Part shown: positions 54,571 to 64,000 of the stretch, one piece after another
Numbering within the stretch: position 1 is the stretch's first letter
How the letters are laid out: every line of letters begins with the position of its first letter
NCBI GenBank assembly: GCA_964410105.1
Contig: CAYPFY010000002.1
Location: 6,557-70,556, forward strand
Length of the DNA stretch: 64,000 bases
Source of the DNA: an uncultured Chlorobiaceae bacterium
GTDB taxonomy: Bacteria > Bacteroidota > Ignavibacteria > UBA10030 > SZUA-254
Direction: 5' to 3'
Notes under the pieces: model-generated
Told to the model about the DNA's origin: nothing
What the model saw: the letters and a program-made list of their open reading frames with translations, nothing else
Database searches by the model: none
Translations under genes and position numbers: made by a program

Positions 54571-56040
54571 TCATCGCGCGAAAACCTCCCTTCTCTGAGG
54601 CTTCAGAAGCGAGCCTATGACCATGGCGGCTGCTGCAAGGAAGTAGGTTGCGATGCCCGAATAATAGGGACCGATCGCATCGGCGATGAGTTTTGTGGAA
54701 GAGAGCTGCTGGAGGACCAGAAAGGTTGCCGGGACGGCCGCTCCGGCGATGATTGCCGCGGCGGCTCCCCATGAATTAGCCCTTGTCCAGTAGCAGGCTG
54801 CAACGAGAAGCACGGACATACTTGAAAGATAAATAGTTCCGGTGATGCCGAGATAGGTCCACAGATCGCCTTTCAGGGGATACCAGAGCCCGTAAAAAAG
54901 AAGAAACAGACCGATCAGGGCGACAATCGATCGGTTCCAGAACAGGCCCCGGCGGTCCGACCAGACCTTTTTTCTGAATGGAGCAAGAATATCGTTATAG
55001 ATCACGCTCCCCCAGGCAAGCATATACGAGGAATCTGTGGACATATCGGCGGCGAGCATAGCCGCAACAAGAATACCCATAAGGCCGGCGGGAACTGCGG
55101 TGCTGAGATAACGGGGCATCGCATCGAGAGAATCGAACGAACCGGGAGACAGGGAAGCGAGGGCGGCGATCCCCCAGACACCCGGGATAAGAAACCGGCA
55201 GACAAAAAAGAATGCGGTGCCTTTATAGACCTGGAGCCCGGTCTTCGTATCGCGCGCGGCAAGCAGCCGGGCGATCGTGGTCTGCCAGGTAAGAACTGCC
55301 GCGAGATTCACAAACACATTAAACAGAACATATTGCCAACCCATCTCCGGATGGACGAACGGGTTAAATCCGCCAGCGCCGTAATGAGACGACACGGCTG
55401 AGACGATCGAACTCCACCCTATTGTTGAGAGAATAAGCACCGTCACAGCGATCAGCCCCGCGCTCATCACAATAAATTGCAAAAAATCCGTGACGAGCAC
55501 AGACAACATACCCCCGAGCACGGTATAAACTGACACGGCAACCAATAAAAGAGTCATCATCACTTCGAGATAGCGGACATCGAGACCGCTTACGAGCACA
55601 AGAAACTCCCCCCCGGTCCTGAGAAACACGCCCATATTCAGAAGACCCCCGAGGACGATCACAACCCCTGCGGCCCACCGGATGCGCGGGCCGAACCGCC
55701 GGGCGAGCAGTTCAGGGATAGTCATAACGCCGGCATCCCGGAGTTTTCTGACACAAAAACCTGTTGCTCCCACGGCATACATCGCTGCGGCGGTGATAAT
55801 TCCGGGCGTTGCGCCGGCGAAGCCAAAGCGGTAACCGTTCTGCGCGGTATACATACAGGTCACAATCCCGAATTCCGTGGCGGCGAGAGAAGCGATGCCG
55901 AGGTAGAGATCCATCTCCCTCCCGGCCATAAGAAAATGCTCCATAGTGCCGACATAACGGCGCACCATAATGCCGGCGATCATAGTGGCGAGGAGATAGA
56001 GCCCGACTATACCGCCGTCGAGGATCGTGAAGTTGGTCAT
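54571..56040 (-). CDS. sodium:solute symporter (SSS family) transporter
   Basis: About 13 TM segments. SSS-type N-terminus LYLLATMIAGIMVRR. The first ATG is at 56040; the track start is TTG at 56073. Confidence 0.8.
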   Translation of the reverse strand: MTNFTILDGGIVGLYLLATMIAGIMVRRYVGTMEHFLMAGREMDLYLGIASLAATEFGIVTCMYTAQNGYRFGFAGATPGIITAAAMYAVGATGFCVRKLRDAGVMTIPELLARRFGPRIRWAAGVVIVLGGLLNMGVFLRTGGEFLVLVSGLDVRYLEVMMTLLLVAVSVYTVLGGMLSVLVTDFLQFIVMSAGLIAVTVLILSTIGWSSIVSAVSSHYGAGGFNPFVHPEMGWQYVLFNVFVNLAAVLTWQTTIARLLAARDTKTGLQVYKGTAFFFVCRFLIPGVWGIAALASLSPGSFDSLDAMPRYLSTAVPAGLMGILVAAMLAADMSTDSSYMLAWGSVIYNDILAPFRKKVWSDRRGLFWNRSIVALIGLFLLFYGLWYPLKGDLWTYLGITGTIYLSSMSVLLVAACYWTRANSWGAAAAIIAGAAVPATFLVLQQLSSTKLIADAIGPYYSGIATYFLAAAAMVIGSLLKPQRREVFAR

Positions 56041-56246
56041 GGGGAGCAGGGGAAGATAAAGATTTCCGCCCAATTTACAAAGGGTGGGCGGATCGAAATC
56101 CGATCAAATCCTTTGATTTGGCCGGAATTTTAATTAACGTGGCGGGAGAACCTCAGGGCGTGCGCCCAGACCAGGCAAAACTTTTCCGCTGTGGTGGGAT
56201 ACACTACCATCTTTGACAACCAGGCATTTACACACAAGGAGCAAGA

Positions 56247-56990
56247 GTGGCACCGCGTGAATGGTGGAGAGATTTCTTTTCCGGACTGGCGGTAGAGATG
56301 TGGCGGGAAGCGGTCAATCCGGAGCAGACGCGCCGGGAGGCAGACTTCATTCAGCGGGGGATCCCCGAGGCTCCTTTGCCGCTCCTCGACGTCCCGTGTG
56401 GAAACGGACGGCTCGCGATTGAGCTCGCCGCCCGGGGGTGCACGCTGACCGGAGTGGACCTCTCTGCGGAGTTTTTGCAAGAAGCGCGCGAGCAAAGCAA
56501 CCAGAGGCGATTGTCGATCAATTGGGAGCTGCGGGAAATGCGCGATCTCACATGGAGAGACCATTTCAGAAGCGCATTCTGCTTCGGCAACAGCTTCGGA
56601 TTCCTCGATGACGAAGGGAACCGGCAGTTCCTCAAGGCGGTGCACCGCGTTCTGGCACCCGGCGGAATCTTCATCCTCGATGCGAGCAGCGTTGCAGAAA
56701 ATGTTCTTTTAAAAATAACCGATCACAGCGAGATGCAGATCGGGGACATCCGGTTCATCGAGGACAATCGTTATGACCAGCGTACGAAACGGCTGGAAAC
56801 GGACTACACATTCATCCTCGGCCGGAGGCAAGAAAAGAAATTCGGATCGCACCGAATATACACGTACAGAGAACTGCTGTCCATGATTTCCGAGGCAGGA
56901 TTCGTCACGTGCAGCTCTTTTGGATCGCTCGACGGAGAACCCTTCAAACCCGGGATCCAGAACCTCTACATTGTAGCGGGAAAACGGTAA
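56247..56990 (+). CDS. class I SAM-dependent methyltransferase
   Basis: Motif I LLDVPCGNGRLAIELA. Motif post-I VDLS. 247 aa. Confidence 0.7.
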   Translation: MAPREWWRDFFSGLAVEMWREAVNPEQTRREADFIQRGIPEAPLPLLDVPCGNGRLAIELAARGCTLTGVDLSAEFLQEAREQSNQRRLSINWELREMRDLTWRDHFRSAFCFGNSFGFLDDEGNRQFLKAVHRVLAPGGIFILDASSVAENVLLKITDHSEMQIGDIRFIEDNRYDQRTKRLETDYTFILGRRQEKKFGSHRIYTYRELLSMISEAGFVTCSSFGSLDGEPFKPGIQNLYIVAGKR

Positions 56991-58361
56991 TCAGCTGTCC
57001 CGGATCCACACCGTCTTAATATTCACAAACTCCCGGATCCCGAACACGCTCAGCTCGCGTCCGTATCCGGAATTCTTCACGCCGCCGAACGGCAGACGCG
57101 GATCTGAGGCGACCATCCCGTTAATAAAAATGCACCCCGCCTCCACATTGTCGATGCAGTACTGTTGCTCCTCTCGATCACGGGTCCACACGCTCGCGCC
57201 GAGGCCGAACGGAGAATCATTGGCAATCCCAACCGCGTCGTGAACATTTTTTGCATGAAAAACAGCGGCCACGGGGCCGAACAGCTCTTCCGAATAAGCG
57301 GGTGATGTCCTCGGAATATTTGCAATGATCGTGGGGGCATAAAAATTGCCGGACCGGGGCAACCTCCGGCCCCCTGTCAGCAGCGTGCCGCCGGCTGCGA
57401 CGGTACGCCGCACCTGATCATCCAGAATATCCAGGATCCCGGGAGTAGCGAGCGGGCCCACATCGGTCTTCTCGTCCATCGGATCTCCCACGCACAGTTT
57501 TTCGAAAAGCTCCACGAACCGCTCCTCGAATGATTGGGCGATGGATTCATCCACGATAAACCTTTTTGCGGCGATACACGACTGACCGTTATTGATCACA
57601 CGCGCCTTCACAGCCGTCGCGATAGCCTCGTCGAGGGCGGCGGACGGAAGAATGATGAAGGGATCGCTCCCTCCTAGCTCGAGCACGGTCTTCTTAATCA
57701 GCTTGCCGGAGAGAGCAGCGACGCTTCGTCCCGCCGGCTCGCTCCCGGTAAGAGTAGCGGCCCTGACTAGGGGGTCGCTCAGAACCCTTTCAACCTGATC
57801 AGATCCGATCAGCAGAGTCTGAAAGACGCCTTCAGGGAACCCGGCGCGGCGAAACAGCCCTTCTAGTGCAAGGGCGCATTGAGGAACAGTGGAAGCGTGC
57901 TTCAACAATCCGACATTCCCCGCCATAAGAGCAGGTGCAGCGAAACGAATCACCTGCCAGAAGGGAAAATTCCAGGGCATCACAGCAAGAATCGGCCCGA
58001 GAGGTTCGTAGCGGACGAAGCTTTTCGAGGCATTCGTCTTCACGACCTCATCGGCCAGAAATGTTTCCGCATTCTCTGCGTAGAACCGGCAACCCCAGGC
58101 ACATTTGACGGCTTCTTCGACAGCTGACTTCAGCGTCTTTCCCATCTCCAGAGTCATCAGCCGGCCGAACTCCGCCTTCTCCGATTCCAGAATATCTGCC
58201 GCCCGCAGCATTTTCTCGGCACGGTCGGAAAAAGTCGACCTCCGGTATGAGAGAAACGCCTTCCGCGCGGAATCAAGTTTTTGGGAAATCTCCTCATCGG
58301 AGAGCGGGCGGAACTTTTTCACAATTTCCCCCGTGGCGGGATTAACACTTACAATCGGCAT
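56991..58361 (-). CDS. NAD(P)+-dependent aldehyde dehydrogenase (succinate-semialdehyde dehydrogenase-like)
   Basis: Start MPIVSVNPATGE at 58361. ELGGSDP and catalytic Cys GQSCIAAKR motifs. PWNFP motif. Confidence 0.85.
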   Translation of the reverse strand: MPIVSVNPATGEIVKKFRPLSDEEISQKLDSARKAFLSYRRSTFSDRAEKMLRAADILESEKAEFGRLMTLEMGKTLKSAVEEAVKCAWGCRFYAENAETFLADEVVKTNASKSFVRYEPLGPILAVMPWNFPFWQVIRFAAPALMAGNVGLLKHASTVPQCALALEGLFRRAGFPEGVFQTLLIGSDQVERVLSDPLVRAATLTGSEPAGRSVAALSGKLIKKTVLELGGSDPFIILPSAALDEAIATAVKARVINNGQSCIAAKRFIVDESIAQSFEERFVELFEKLCVGDPMDEKTDVGPLATPGILDILDDQVRRTVAAGGTLLTGGRRLPRSGNFYAPTIIANIPRTSPAYSEELFGPVAAVFHAKNVHDAVGIANDSPFGLGASVWTRDREEQQYCIDNVEAGCIFINGMVASDPRLPFGGVKNSGYGRELSVFGIREFVNIKTVWIRDS

Positions 58362-58378
58362 TAAACCTTTCAGGAAAT

Positions 58379-59062
58379 TTACAGAACGTGCGCAAGCAGC
58401 GACTGGAGATCCGGCACCGAAAAATCGGGGGGGGCGTCGGAGGCCGGAGTAGCCCCGGATCCGTCCCTCCCGCTCATCCGTTGAACCCACACCGTCGACA
58501 TCCCGCAGGTGCGGGCGGGAGCAATGTCGTGATAGAGGCTTTGGGCAGCATGCAAAATTTCTTGTGGAGGAACCCCCAGGCGCTCGATCGCCCGCTCAAA
58601 ATTGTTTCTTGACGGTTTATACGACTTCACCTGTTGCGCGGTGATCACCTCATCGAACGGCGAGCCCAAAACCTTCGCCGTTCGGGCAAAAAGATCATCG
58701 TCGATATTTGAGATCACTGCAAGCCTGAAAGACTTTTTCAACGTACGGAGAGAATCAACCGTATCATTGAACGGCGTCCAGACGGGCAGAGAGACTTCCA
58801 GAGAGCGGGATTCATCCTCCGAGGGTTTGAAGCCGAACTTCTCGCCGAAGCGGGCAACGACCTGCTGCAACACCGATTTATACGGAATATAGGGTCCCGA
58901 TTCGGCGGCCGATTCGAACGCGGCATAATTCTCCAAAACCTCCGCGTCCGGGATTTTTACACCATATCGCGTGAAAAGCGGCCTGAGGGTAGACAGGATC
59001 CCTGTTTCCCAATCGATGAGGGTCCCGTAGCAATCGAACGTAATGACGCGAAAATCCTTCAT
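58379..59062 (-). CDS. HAD-superfamily hydrolase (haloacid dehalogenase type II-like)
   Basis: Motif I ITFDCYGTLID. Motif III and IV region VISNIDDD. 227 aa. Confidence 0.8.
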   Translation of the reverse strand: MKDFRVITFDCYGTLIDWETGILSTLRPLFTRYGVKIPDAEVLENYAAFESAAESGPYIPYKSVLQQVVARFGEKFGFKPSEDESRSLEVSLPVWTPFNDTVDSLRTLKKSFRLAVISNIDDDLFARTAKVLGSPFDEVITAQQVKSYKPSRNNFERAIERLGVPPQEILHAAQSLYHDIAPARTCGMSTVWVQRMSGRDGSGATPASDAPPDFSVPDLQSLLAHVL

Positions 59063-59418
59063 ATGCGCGGAAGGCTTTCTCGGGTACGTTCACTGCGGAC
59101 ATTGCCCGTATTCAGGGTCGACTTCGGTTCAAACAGAAGAACGTGAACCTCATCGGCTGCGAAAGGTTTGTGCTCCACCCCGTGAGGGACGACAATCGCT
59201 TCCCCCTCGGAGAGGACAACCTGGCGATCTCGGAAGTTCATCGTCATCGACCCCTTCACGACCAGAAAAAGCTCATCCTCGGCGTCGTGATGATGCCACA
59301 CAAAATCCCCCTTGAATTTCACCAGCTTCACATACTGGCCATTCAGCTCTGCGACGATCTGGGGGCTCCAGTAATCCTTGAACAAGCCAAACTTCTCAGC
59401 AAGATTGAATTTATTCAT
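59059..59418 (-). CDS. cupin-domain protein
   Basis: MNKFNLAEKF... followed by the conserved cupin pattern FVWHHHDAEDELFLVVKGSM...VVPHGVEHKP. Start taken at ATG 59418, alternatively 59454; the track ORF is extended upstream. 8-nt overlap with the AddB stop. Confidence 0.6.
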   Translation of the reverse strand: MNKFNLAEKFGLFKDYWSPQIVAELNGQYVKLVKFKGDFVWHHHDAEDELFLVVKGSMTMNFRDRQVVLSEGEAIVVPHGVEHKPFAADEVHVLLFEPKSTLNTGNVRSERTRESLPRI

Positions 59419-62218
59419 AGTGACCTTTCGTCCATTGAGTTCCGCAGATAGCATTGTAGGGACACCGTGGGCATTGTTGTGGGAGATCGGGAGTTGGTTG
59501 AAAGGGAAGAGCGGGATCGAGAATCTCATTAATAAGCGCGAACACGACCGGTTCCACGGCGGCATAGATTTCTGCGGGAGTTTGTTTTCCGTTACCCAAT
59601 TTAACCTCGATCGAATCGTCGATATGCGAGTTCCCCAGAAAAAGATAGGCGGGCGTGATCGAACCAACCGGCCTCCCGGTAGAAACCGAGTGCAGAAGCA
59701 TATACAGAGGAAGCTGGAAGGAACGTATAGCCTCATTCCAGGTCGACCTTTTCGCAGGATCCAGCTTATCGATTGCGATGTTCAGGGACTTTGACTCCTT
59801 CCCCGATTTATAGTCGAGGATCACGGGGGCCCCATCCCGCGAATCGATCCTGTCGATCCTGCCGCTGAATCTCCGTCCCTTATAGGTGACGTGCAGATCT
59901 TTTTCAACCGCAGAAATCACCACCGTCTGATTCCGGGCGGCGGGGATCTGGTACTGGGACAGAAAAGCCCTCAGCTGACGATGAACCTGTATTTTCAGAA
60001 AATAGGCGGCTCCTGCGGCATCTTTCCCGTACTCGGCGTCAAAACAGCGGTCGACGACACTCTCAAGCTCCTCGCCGCTCAGCAGCTCGGGAGAAAGCTT
60101 TTTTCCCACAAGCGGCTGAAAATACTGCTTCAAAATCGAATGAACAAAACTCCCGACATCGGAAGAATCGATATCCTCGGAAACCTCAGCCTTCTCACGG
60201 AGCGAGAGCACATTCTGGTAATAAAATTTCAATGGGCAGTTGAGATACGTATTCAGAGTCGATGCGCTATAACGCAGCGACGTTTCGATAAATTCGACCA
60301 TGGCGGGAGTTTTTTCGACCGGGGCGGGGCGGCTATTCGTCAGCCGCACCGCGTATTTTATCCGCTTCTCGAACCGTTCTGACGAGACATCCAGCTCCTC
60401 TTTCTGGAGTTTCCAGAGCAGCTTTTCCACAAAGCGGCTCTTCTCCCTCTTGCTCGATTCGGTGTAAAAGATATGGACCTCCCGTGCATTCTTTATAAGC
60501 AGATTGAAGAAATACTCGCCCACCTCCTCACGGTCGCGGGCCGTCTCCAGACCGAGCATCGTCCTCACCGGGTGAGGCAGGAGCAAATCCTGGGCGCCGG
60601 GGCCCGGGAGCACATCGTCATTGGCATCCAGAATATACACGGTATCGAACGAAACGTTCCGGGTTTCCAGCAGGCCCAGCACCTGCAGGCCGCGGAGAGG
60701 CGTGCCGGGGAAGGGAACCGTCTGGGAGGCTGCGGTGCAGCGCAGGAACGTCGAGTAGCCTTCGATACCCTCAAAGACCCTTTCGCCCACGAGCGATCGT
60801 GACACCTTGTCAAGGATCTCAATGAGAGATTCAGCGTAGGGACGGAACAGGGGATGTCTATTGGCCGTACTTTCCTCGAAAATATACCTCACGACGCCGG
60901 AACTTTTCTCGGCAAAATCCTTGATCGATTCGATCGTCAGGAACTTCCTCACCGTCCGGTCATGGATATTCTTGACATGATCACGCAGCTCCTCGGGCCT
61001 CACATCCCCGATGATGCCGCGGACGCGGGAGGCGGCCGCTTCCCAGACAGAAGGTTCGGCCTCGAGATCTTCGAGGGAAAACAGCTGCCGTCTTCCCGCC
61101 AGAAATTCCTCCAGAACATGAAAGGCGATGCGGGTAACATCCGACCTGTTCCGGAACCGGATATTTTTAGTATAGGGGTGAAGAACAAACTGCAAATAGG
61201 CGGTCCCTGAAAACTTGCCGTCTCGAGCTGAGGCGACAAGATCAAGCAGCCCGTTCAGGAAGCCGAGGACGGGCGTACGGGAGAGCGGATACCCGAGAGA
61301 AATATTGTAGCCCTCGTCCGGGATAACCGACAGCGCGTGATGAAGCAGTGGAAAAAGAGTTTCGGGGGACGGGAGTACGATCGCGGTCCGCTCATCGGGC
61401 GGTTGATTGACCCTTTCTTTCAGAATCGCCGCCAGAGCAAGCACCTGGCCGTGCGAATCGGGGGATTTGTAGAAGCTCACGAAAGGCTTTTCGGGCCGGA
61501 CAGAGCTCTCGAACGATATCCCGAGGCGATCCAGCCTCTTCGTCAACCGCGGACCCTCCTGAAAGAACAGAGACACGTTCGGTCTCGAGGCGAGATGCCG
61601 GACGATATCGGCCTCCGTCTGGGCAAGGGAATAGAACCCGGCGAGGGCGATGAACTCATACGCCGAAAGATCAATATCGTCGAGATGATCAAAAACCTTT
61701 CGGTACATCATCGATCGTGTCACATACCCGAGCCGATCGAGCAACGCGTAGAATTCCGCATAATAAAAGCCGAGGGAATGGAATTTTGGAAACTCCACAT
61801 ACCGCAGCGCCTCGCCGACGCGCCGCGCATCCAGATTCGAGAGCATCACCTCTTCCAGTTCCGAAAGCACATTCAGCCCAACAGGCAGAAAATCGTCGAA
61901 GGAGCTGTAATGGCCGAGGGGCTGCTTGCCGCGCTGGTGAATATCGTAGAGAAGGGCGGCCGCATCCGCCGGTTCCAGAATTTCCGGGGAGTTTTTCAGA
62001 ATGTCGGCATACAAAAAAGTGACAAACGTATTGAGCGCAAAAATCCTGGGGGGAAGAAACGGACGGCCGATCTTCTCTGCCAGCCGTTTTCGCAGGAAAT
62101 GGGCGGGTCGCTTTCCGGGAAACACCACAATCGACCGCGAGAGTTTTTCCGGATCGGCGGGCAGAGAAATCACAAGCTCGTCAATAAGATCCCCCGACAT
62201 GATCTTGGCAGAGTTCAC
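59411..62218 (-). CDS. addB: AddB-like helicase-nuclease subunit (inactive helicase + PD-(D/E)xK nuclease with Fe-S Cys cluster)
   Basis: 935 aa. C-terminal nuclease motif GRIDRIDSRDGAPVILDYKSGK. Terminal Cys cluster CPRCPYNAICG. ATGA overlap with addA. Confidence 0.75.
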   Translation of the reverse strand: MNSAKIMSGDLIDELVISLPADPEKLSRSIVVFPGKRPAHFLRKRLAEKIGRPFLPPRIFALNTFVTFLYADILKNSPEILEPADAAALLYDIHQRGKQPLGHYSSFDDFLPVGLNVLSELEEVMLSNLDARRVGEALRYVEFPKFHSLGFYYAEFYALLDRLGYVTRSMMYRKVFDHLDDIDLSAYEFIALAGFYSLAQTEADIVRHLASRPNVSLFFQEGPRLTKRLDRLGISFESSVRPEKPFVSFYKSPDSHGQVLALAAILKERVNQPPDERTAIVLPSPETLFPLLHHALSVIPDEGYNISLGYPLSRTPVLGFLNGLLDLVASARDGKFSGTAYLQFVLHPYTKNIRFRNRSDVTRIAFHVLEEFLAGRRQLFSLEDLEAEPSVWEAAASRVRGIIGDVRPEELRDHVKNIHDRTVRKFLTIESIKDFAEKSSGVVRYIFEESTANRHPLFRPYAESLIEILDKVSRSLVGERVFEGIEGYSTFLRCTAASQTVPFPGTPLRGLQVLGLLETRNVSFDTVYILDANDDVLPGPGAQDLLLPHPVRTMLGLETARDREEVGEYFFNLLIKNAREVHIFYTESSKREKSRFVEKLLWKLQKEELDVSSERFEKRIKYAVRLTNSRPAPVEKTPAMVEFIETSLRYSASTLNTYLNCPLKFYYQNVLSLREKAEVSEDIDSSDVGSFVHSILKQYFQPLVGKKLSPELLSGEELESVVDRCFDAEYGKDAAGAAYFLKIQVHRQLRAFLSQYQIPAARNQTVVISAVEKDLHVTYKGRRFSGRIDRIDSRDGAPVILDYKSGKESKSLNIAIDKLDPAKRSTWNEAIRSFQLPLYMLLHSVSTGRPVGSITPAYLFLGNSHIDDSIEVKLGNGKQTPAEIYAAVEPVVFALINEILDPALPFQPTPDLPQQCPRCPYNAICGTQWTKGHYE

Positions 62219-63999
62219 CGGACGCTCCTCACCAGCTGAAGGTCGACGTAAGCCAGAGCCCCATAGACCTGTTTCCGCGGGTAGAGTTCACGGACCAGCT
62301 CCATATACCCCTTCACCTGTTCATCGTAATCAGACTGCTCGGCGCCCGTCTTATAATCGATGACCGTTACGGCCTCGGGATCGAGGACCATCCTGTCCAT
62401 TCTATAGAGACGACCTTTCGGGCTCACGATCTCCTGTTCATTGAGAATTCTTCTCCCTTTGCCAGCTTCAAAGTATCTGCTCACCTCAGGCGTTTTCAAG
62501 AATCGTGACAGAACCGTCTTGAGAGATTCCTGATCAAAAGCGGCGTCTAGCGAAAGCGAGGCGAGGGCATCTGACAGCTGGGCGTCCGCGTCAACCAAAA
62601 ACTGAATGCGGCCGAGAATAGCGTGAACAGCCTCGCCTCGTTGAACCTCGGCTCTACCGATCCACTCCTTGTCGGGAGACCCCGCGACTCCGCGGCTGCG
62701 GGGATACGCCAGGGGAACATGCGGGTCCGTTCCGGCTGCCGCCTGCGGCACAGGCGAAAGGCGGCCGGACGAAAAACCCCCACCGGGCAGGAAGAGTGAC
62801 GGCGAAAGAGGTTTATCGGCCTTAACGCTCAGGACATACATCTCATCCCGCGCGCGGGTGAGCGCAACGTACAGTTTATTGAGGTCATCCACCTGTCGCA
62901 GCACTGTCCCCCTCGTATAGATCTCCTGAAGAAAATCCGAGCGGTCGGCCCAGGCTCTCGTAATCCTGAGCAGCCGTATGCCTTCAGGAGACTCCTCGAT
63001 GAACAAATTATTCGTGAGGGGCTTGGCGTCGTAGAGGAGAACAATCAGCACGCGAAACCCGAGCCCTTTGGCCTTATGCACCGTCATCACCGTCACGGCA
63101 TCCTCCCCGGCAGAGACGTCGATATTCCAAGAATCCTCGGGATCTGTGCCGGCGTAGAGGAGAAAATCCTTCAGGCTGTTCCTGCCAGAATCCTCGAAGT
63201 TCCTGATAACCTCCAGGAGTTTTATGACAGCTCCCTCCTCATGCGGAAATGACCGGGCAATATCGAATGCCGAGTAAACCTCCGAAACCAGATCATACAG
63301 CGGAAGATAGCCAACCAGAGAAAACAGGGATTCAAAGAACACGTTCCAGAGATCCGGATATTTTTCCCTGAAAAACGCGTAGAGAGGCTCCTCCGAGCCG
63401 GGACCGGAGCGGTGAGCGAAGACCAGATCCCGCACATCGCCGGTGAAACCCGCATGAGAGAGCGACGCGCCGAAAATTTTCCCTAAGACGAACGAAGCAA
63501 AGGAGAGATCATCGATCGGCGAGTCGAGGAACTTCAGCAACGCGAGCAATTCACCCGTGATCGTACGCGTGCGGATATCCAGGCTGCTGTGGGAAATGAA
63601 GCGGATCCCGGCTTCGTTCAGCCATCTGCTGGCCTCCACCACGTGATCGTTCTTAGGAGTGAGGATAGCGATATCCCGGTATGAATACCCTCTCTTACGG
63701 CAGTCGCGCAGAATTTCAAGAAACTTCCTCTTCTCGGGGGCCTCCGGTTCGTCCTCGGCATGCTCGAACGAGAACACCTCGACCCTCCCCTTGCCGTCAG
63801 AAGTCGGAAGAATCTGACTCTTAAAAGACGCGAGCCCGCTCAGGTCGGCGATTTCGGGCGAGATCTTCCGCGGCACAATCTCCTGAAACACATTTTCGGA
63901 AAACTTTACAACAGCCTCTTTGCTCCGGTAGTTGACCAGAAGAGGCATTCGGCGGCAGGCGACGGACGCAAACTCCTCCGCTTCAGACATCCGGCGCAT
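62215..63999 (-). CDS. addA: AddA/UvrD-like helicase-nuclease subunit, C-terminal part (N-terminus beyond window end)
   Basis: Helicase motif VI VMTVHKAKGLGFRVLIVLL. C-terminal PD-(D/E)xK nuclease motif VTVIDYKTG. The frame is open to the window edge. Confidence 0.75.
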   Translation of the reverse strand: MRRMSEAEEFASVACRRMPLLVNYRSKEAVVKFSENVFQEIVPRKISPEIADLSGLASFKSQILPTSDGKGRVEVFSFEHAEDEPEAPEKRKFLEILRDCRKRGYSYRDIAILTPKNDHVVEASRWLNEAGIRFISHSSLDIRTRTITGELLALLKFLDSPIDDLSFASFVLGKIFGASLSHAGFTGDVRDLVFAHRSGPGSEEPLYAFFREKYPDLWNVFFESLFSLVGYLPLYDLVSEVYSAFDIARSFPHEEGAVIKLLEVIRNFEDSGRNSLKDFLLYAGTDPEDSWNIDVSAGEDAVTVMTVHKAKGLGFRVLIVLLYDAKPLTNNLFIEESPEGIRLLRITRAWADRSDFLQEIYTRGTVLRQVDDLNKLYVALTRARDEMYVLSVKADKPLSPSLFLPGGGFSSGRLSPVPQAAAGTDPHVPLAYPRSRGVAGSPDKEWIGRAEVQRGEAVHAILGRIQFLVDADAQLSDALASLSLDAAFDQESLKTVLSRFLKTPEVSRYFEAGKGRRILNEQEIVSPKGRLYRMDRMVLDPEAVTVIDYKTGAEQSDYDEQVKGYMELVRELYPRKQVYGALAYVDLQLVRSVR

Positions 64000-64000
64000 A

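Noticed and set aside
1-64000. CRISPR arrays, rRNA/tRNA genes, transposases, integrases or phage structural genes
   Set aside because: No regularly spaced direct repeats, no conserved rRNA/tRNA signatures and no DDE or tyrosine-recombinase motifs were found in any frame. The low-GC patches have no flanking integrase or attachment-site repeats.

Overview
This 64-kb window comes from a high-GC (about 60-65%), densely coding bacterial chromosome; about 85% of genes lie on the minus strand, often with 4-nt ATGA/GTGA overlaps. Four proteins end in a type-A T9SS C-terminal sorting domain (NYPNPFNP...), and the window also carries a PRC-like c-type cytochrome and many exo-glycosidases. This points to an FCB-group organism (Bacteroidota, Rhodothermota or Gemmatimonadota-like). 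Contents: (1) housekeeping genes (thrC, lysC, panE-like, Asp racemase, DapA-family aldolase, ALDH, AddAB). (2) Three large BNR/Asp-box beta-propeller T9SS cargo proteins, one paired with an outer-membrane beta-barrel gene. (3) A cytochrome c with a LolA-like domain fusion, a TMEM175/DUF1211 channel and a B12-binding radical-SAM gene. (4) The most striking feature: a roughly 29-kb, single-strand locus (26.8-56.0 kb) that looks like a complete N-glycoprotein deconstruction and salvage system. It holds a tricorn protease, a glycosylasparaginase, GH92, GH27, a GH36-like enzyme, GH20, GH31, GH35, a GH-A-like enzyme, a long NagB, a split sugar-1-kinase/nucleotidyltransferase pair and a Na+/solute symporter, with no SusC/SusD. 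Two low-GC patches (3.86-5.8 kb and 25.6-26.6 kb) look horizontally acquired. An orphan beta-class DNA methyltransferase is translationally coupled to metabolic genes. No rRNA, tRNA, CRISPR array or obvious transposase was seen.
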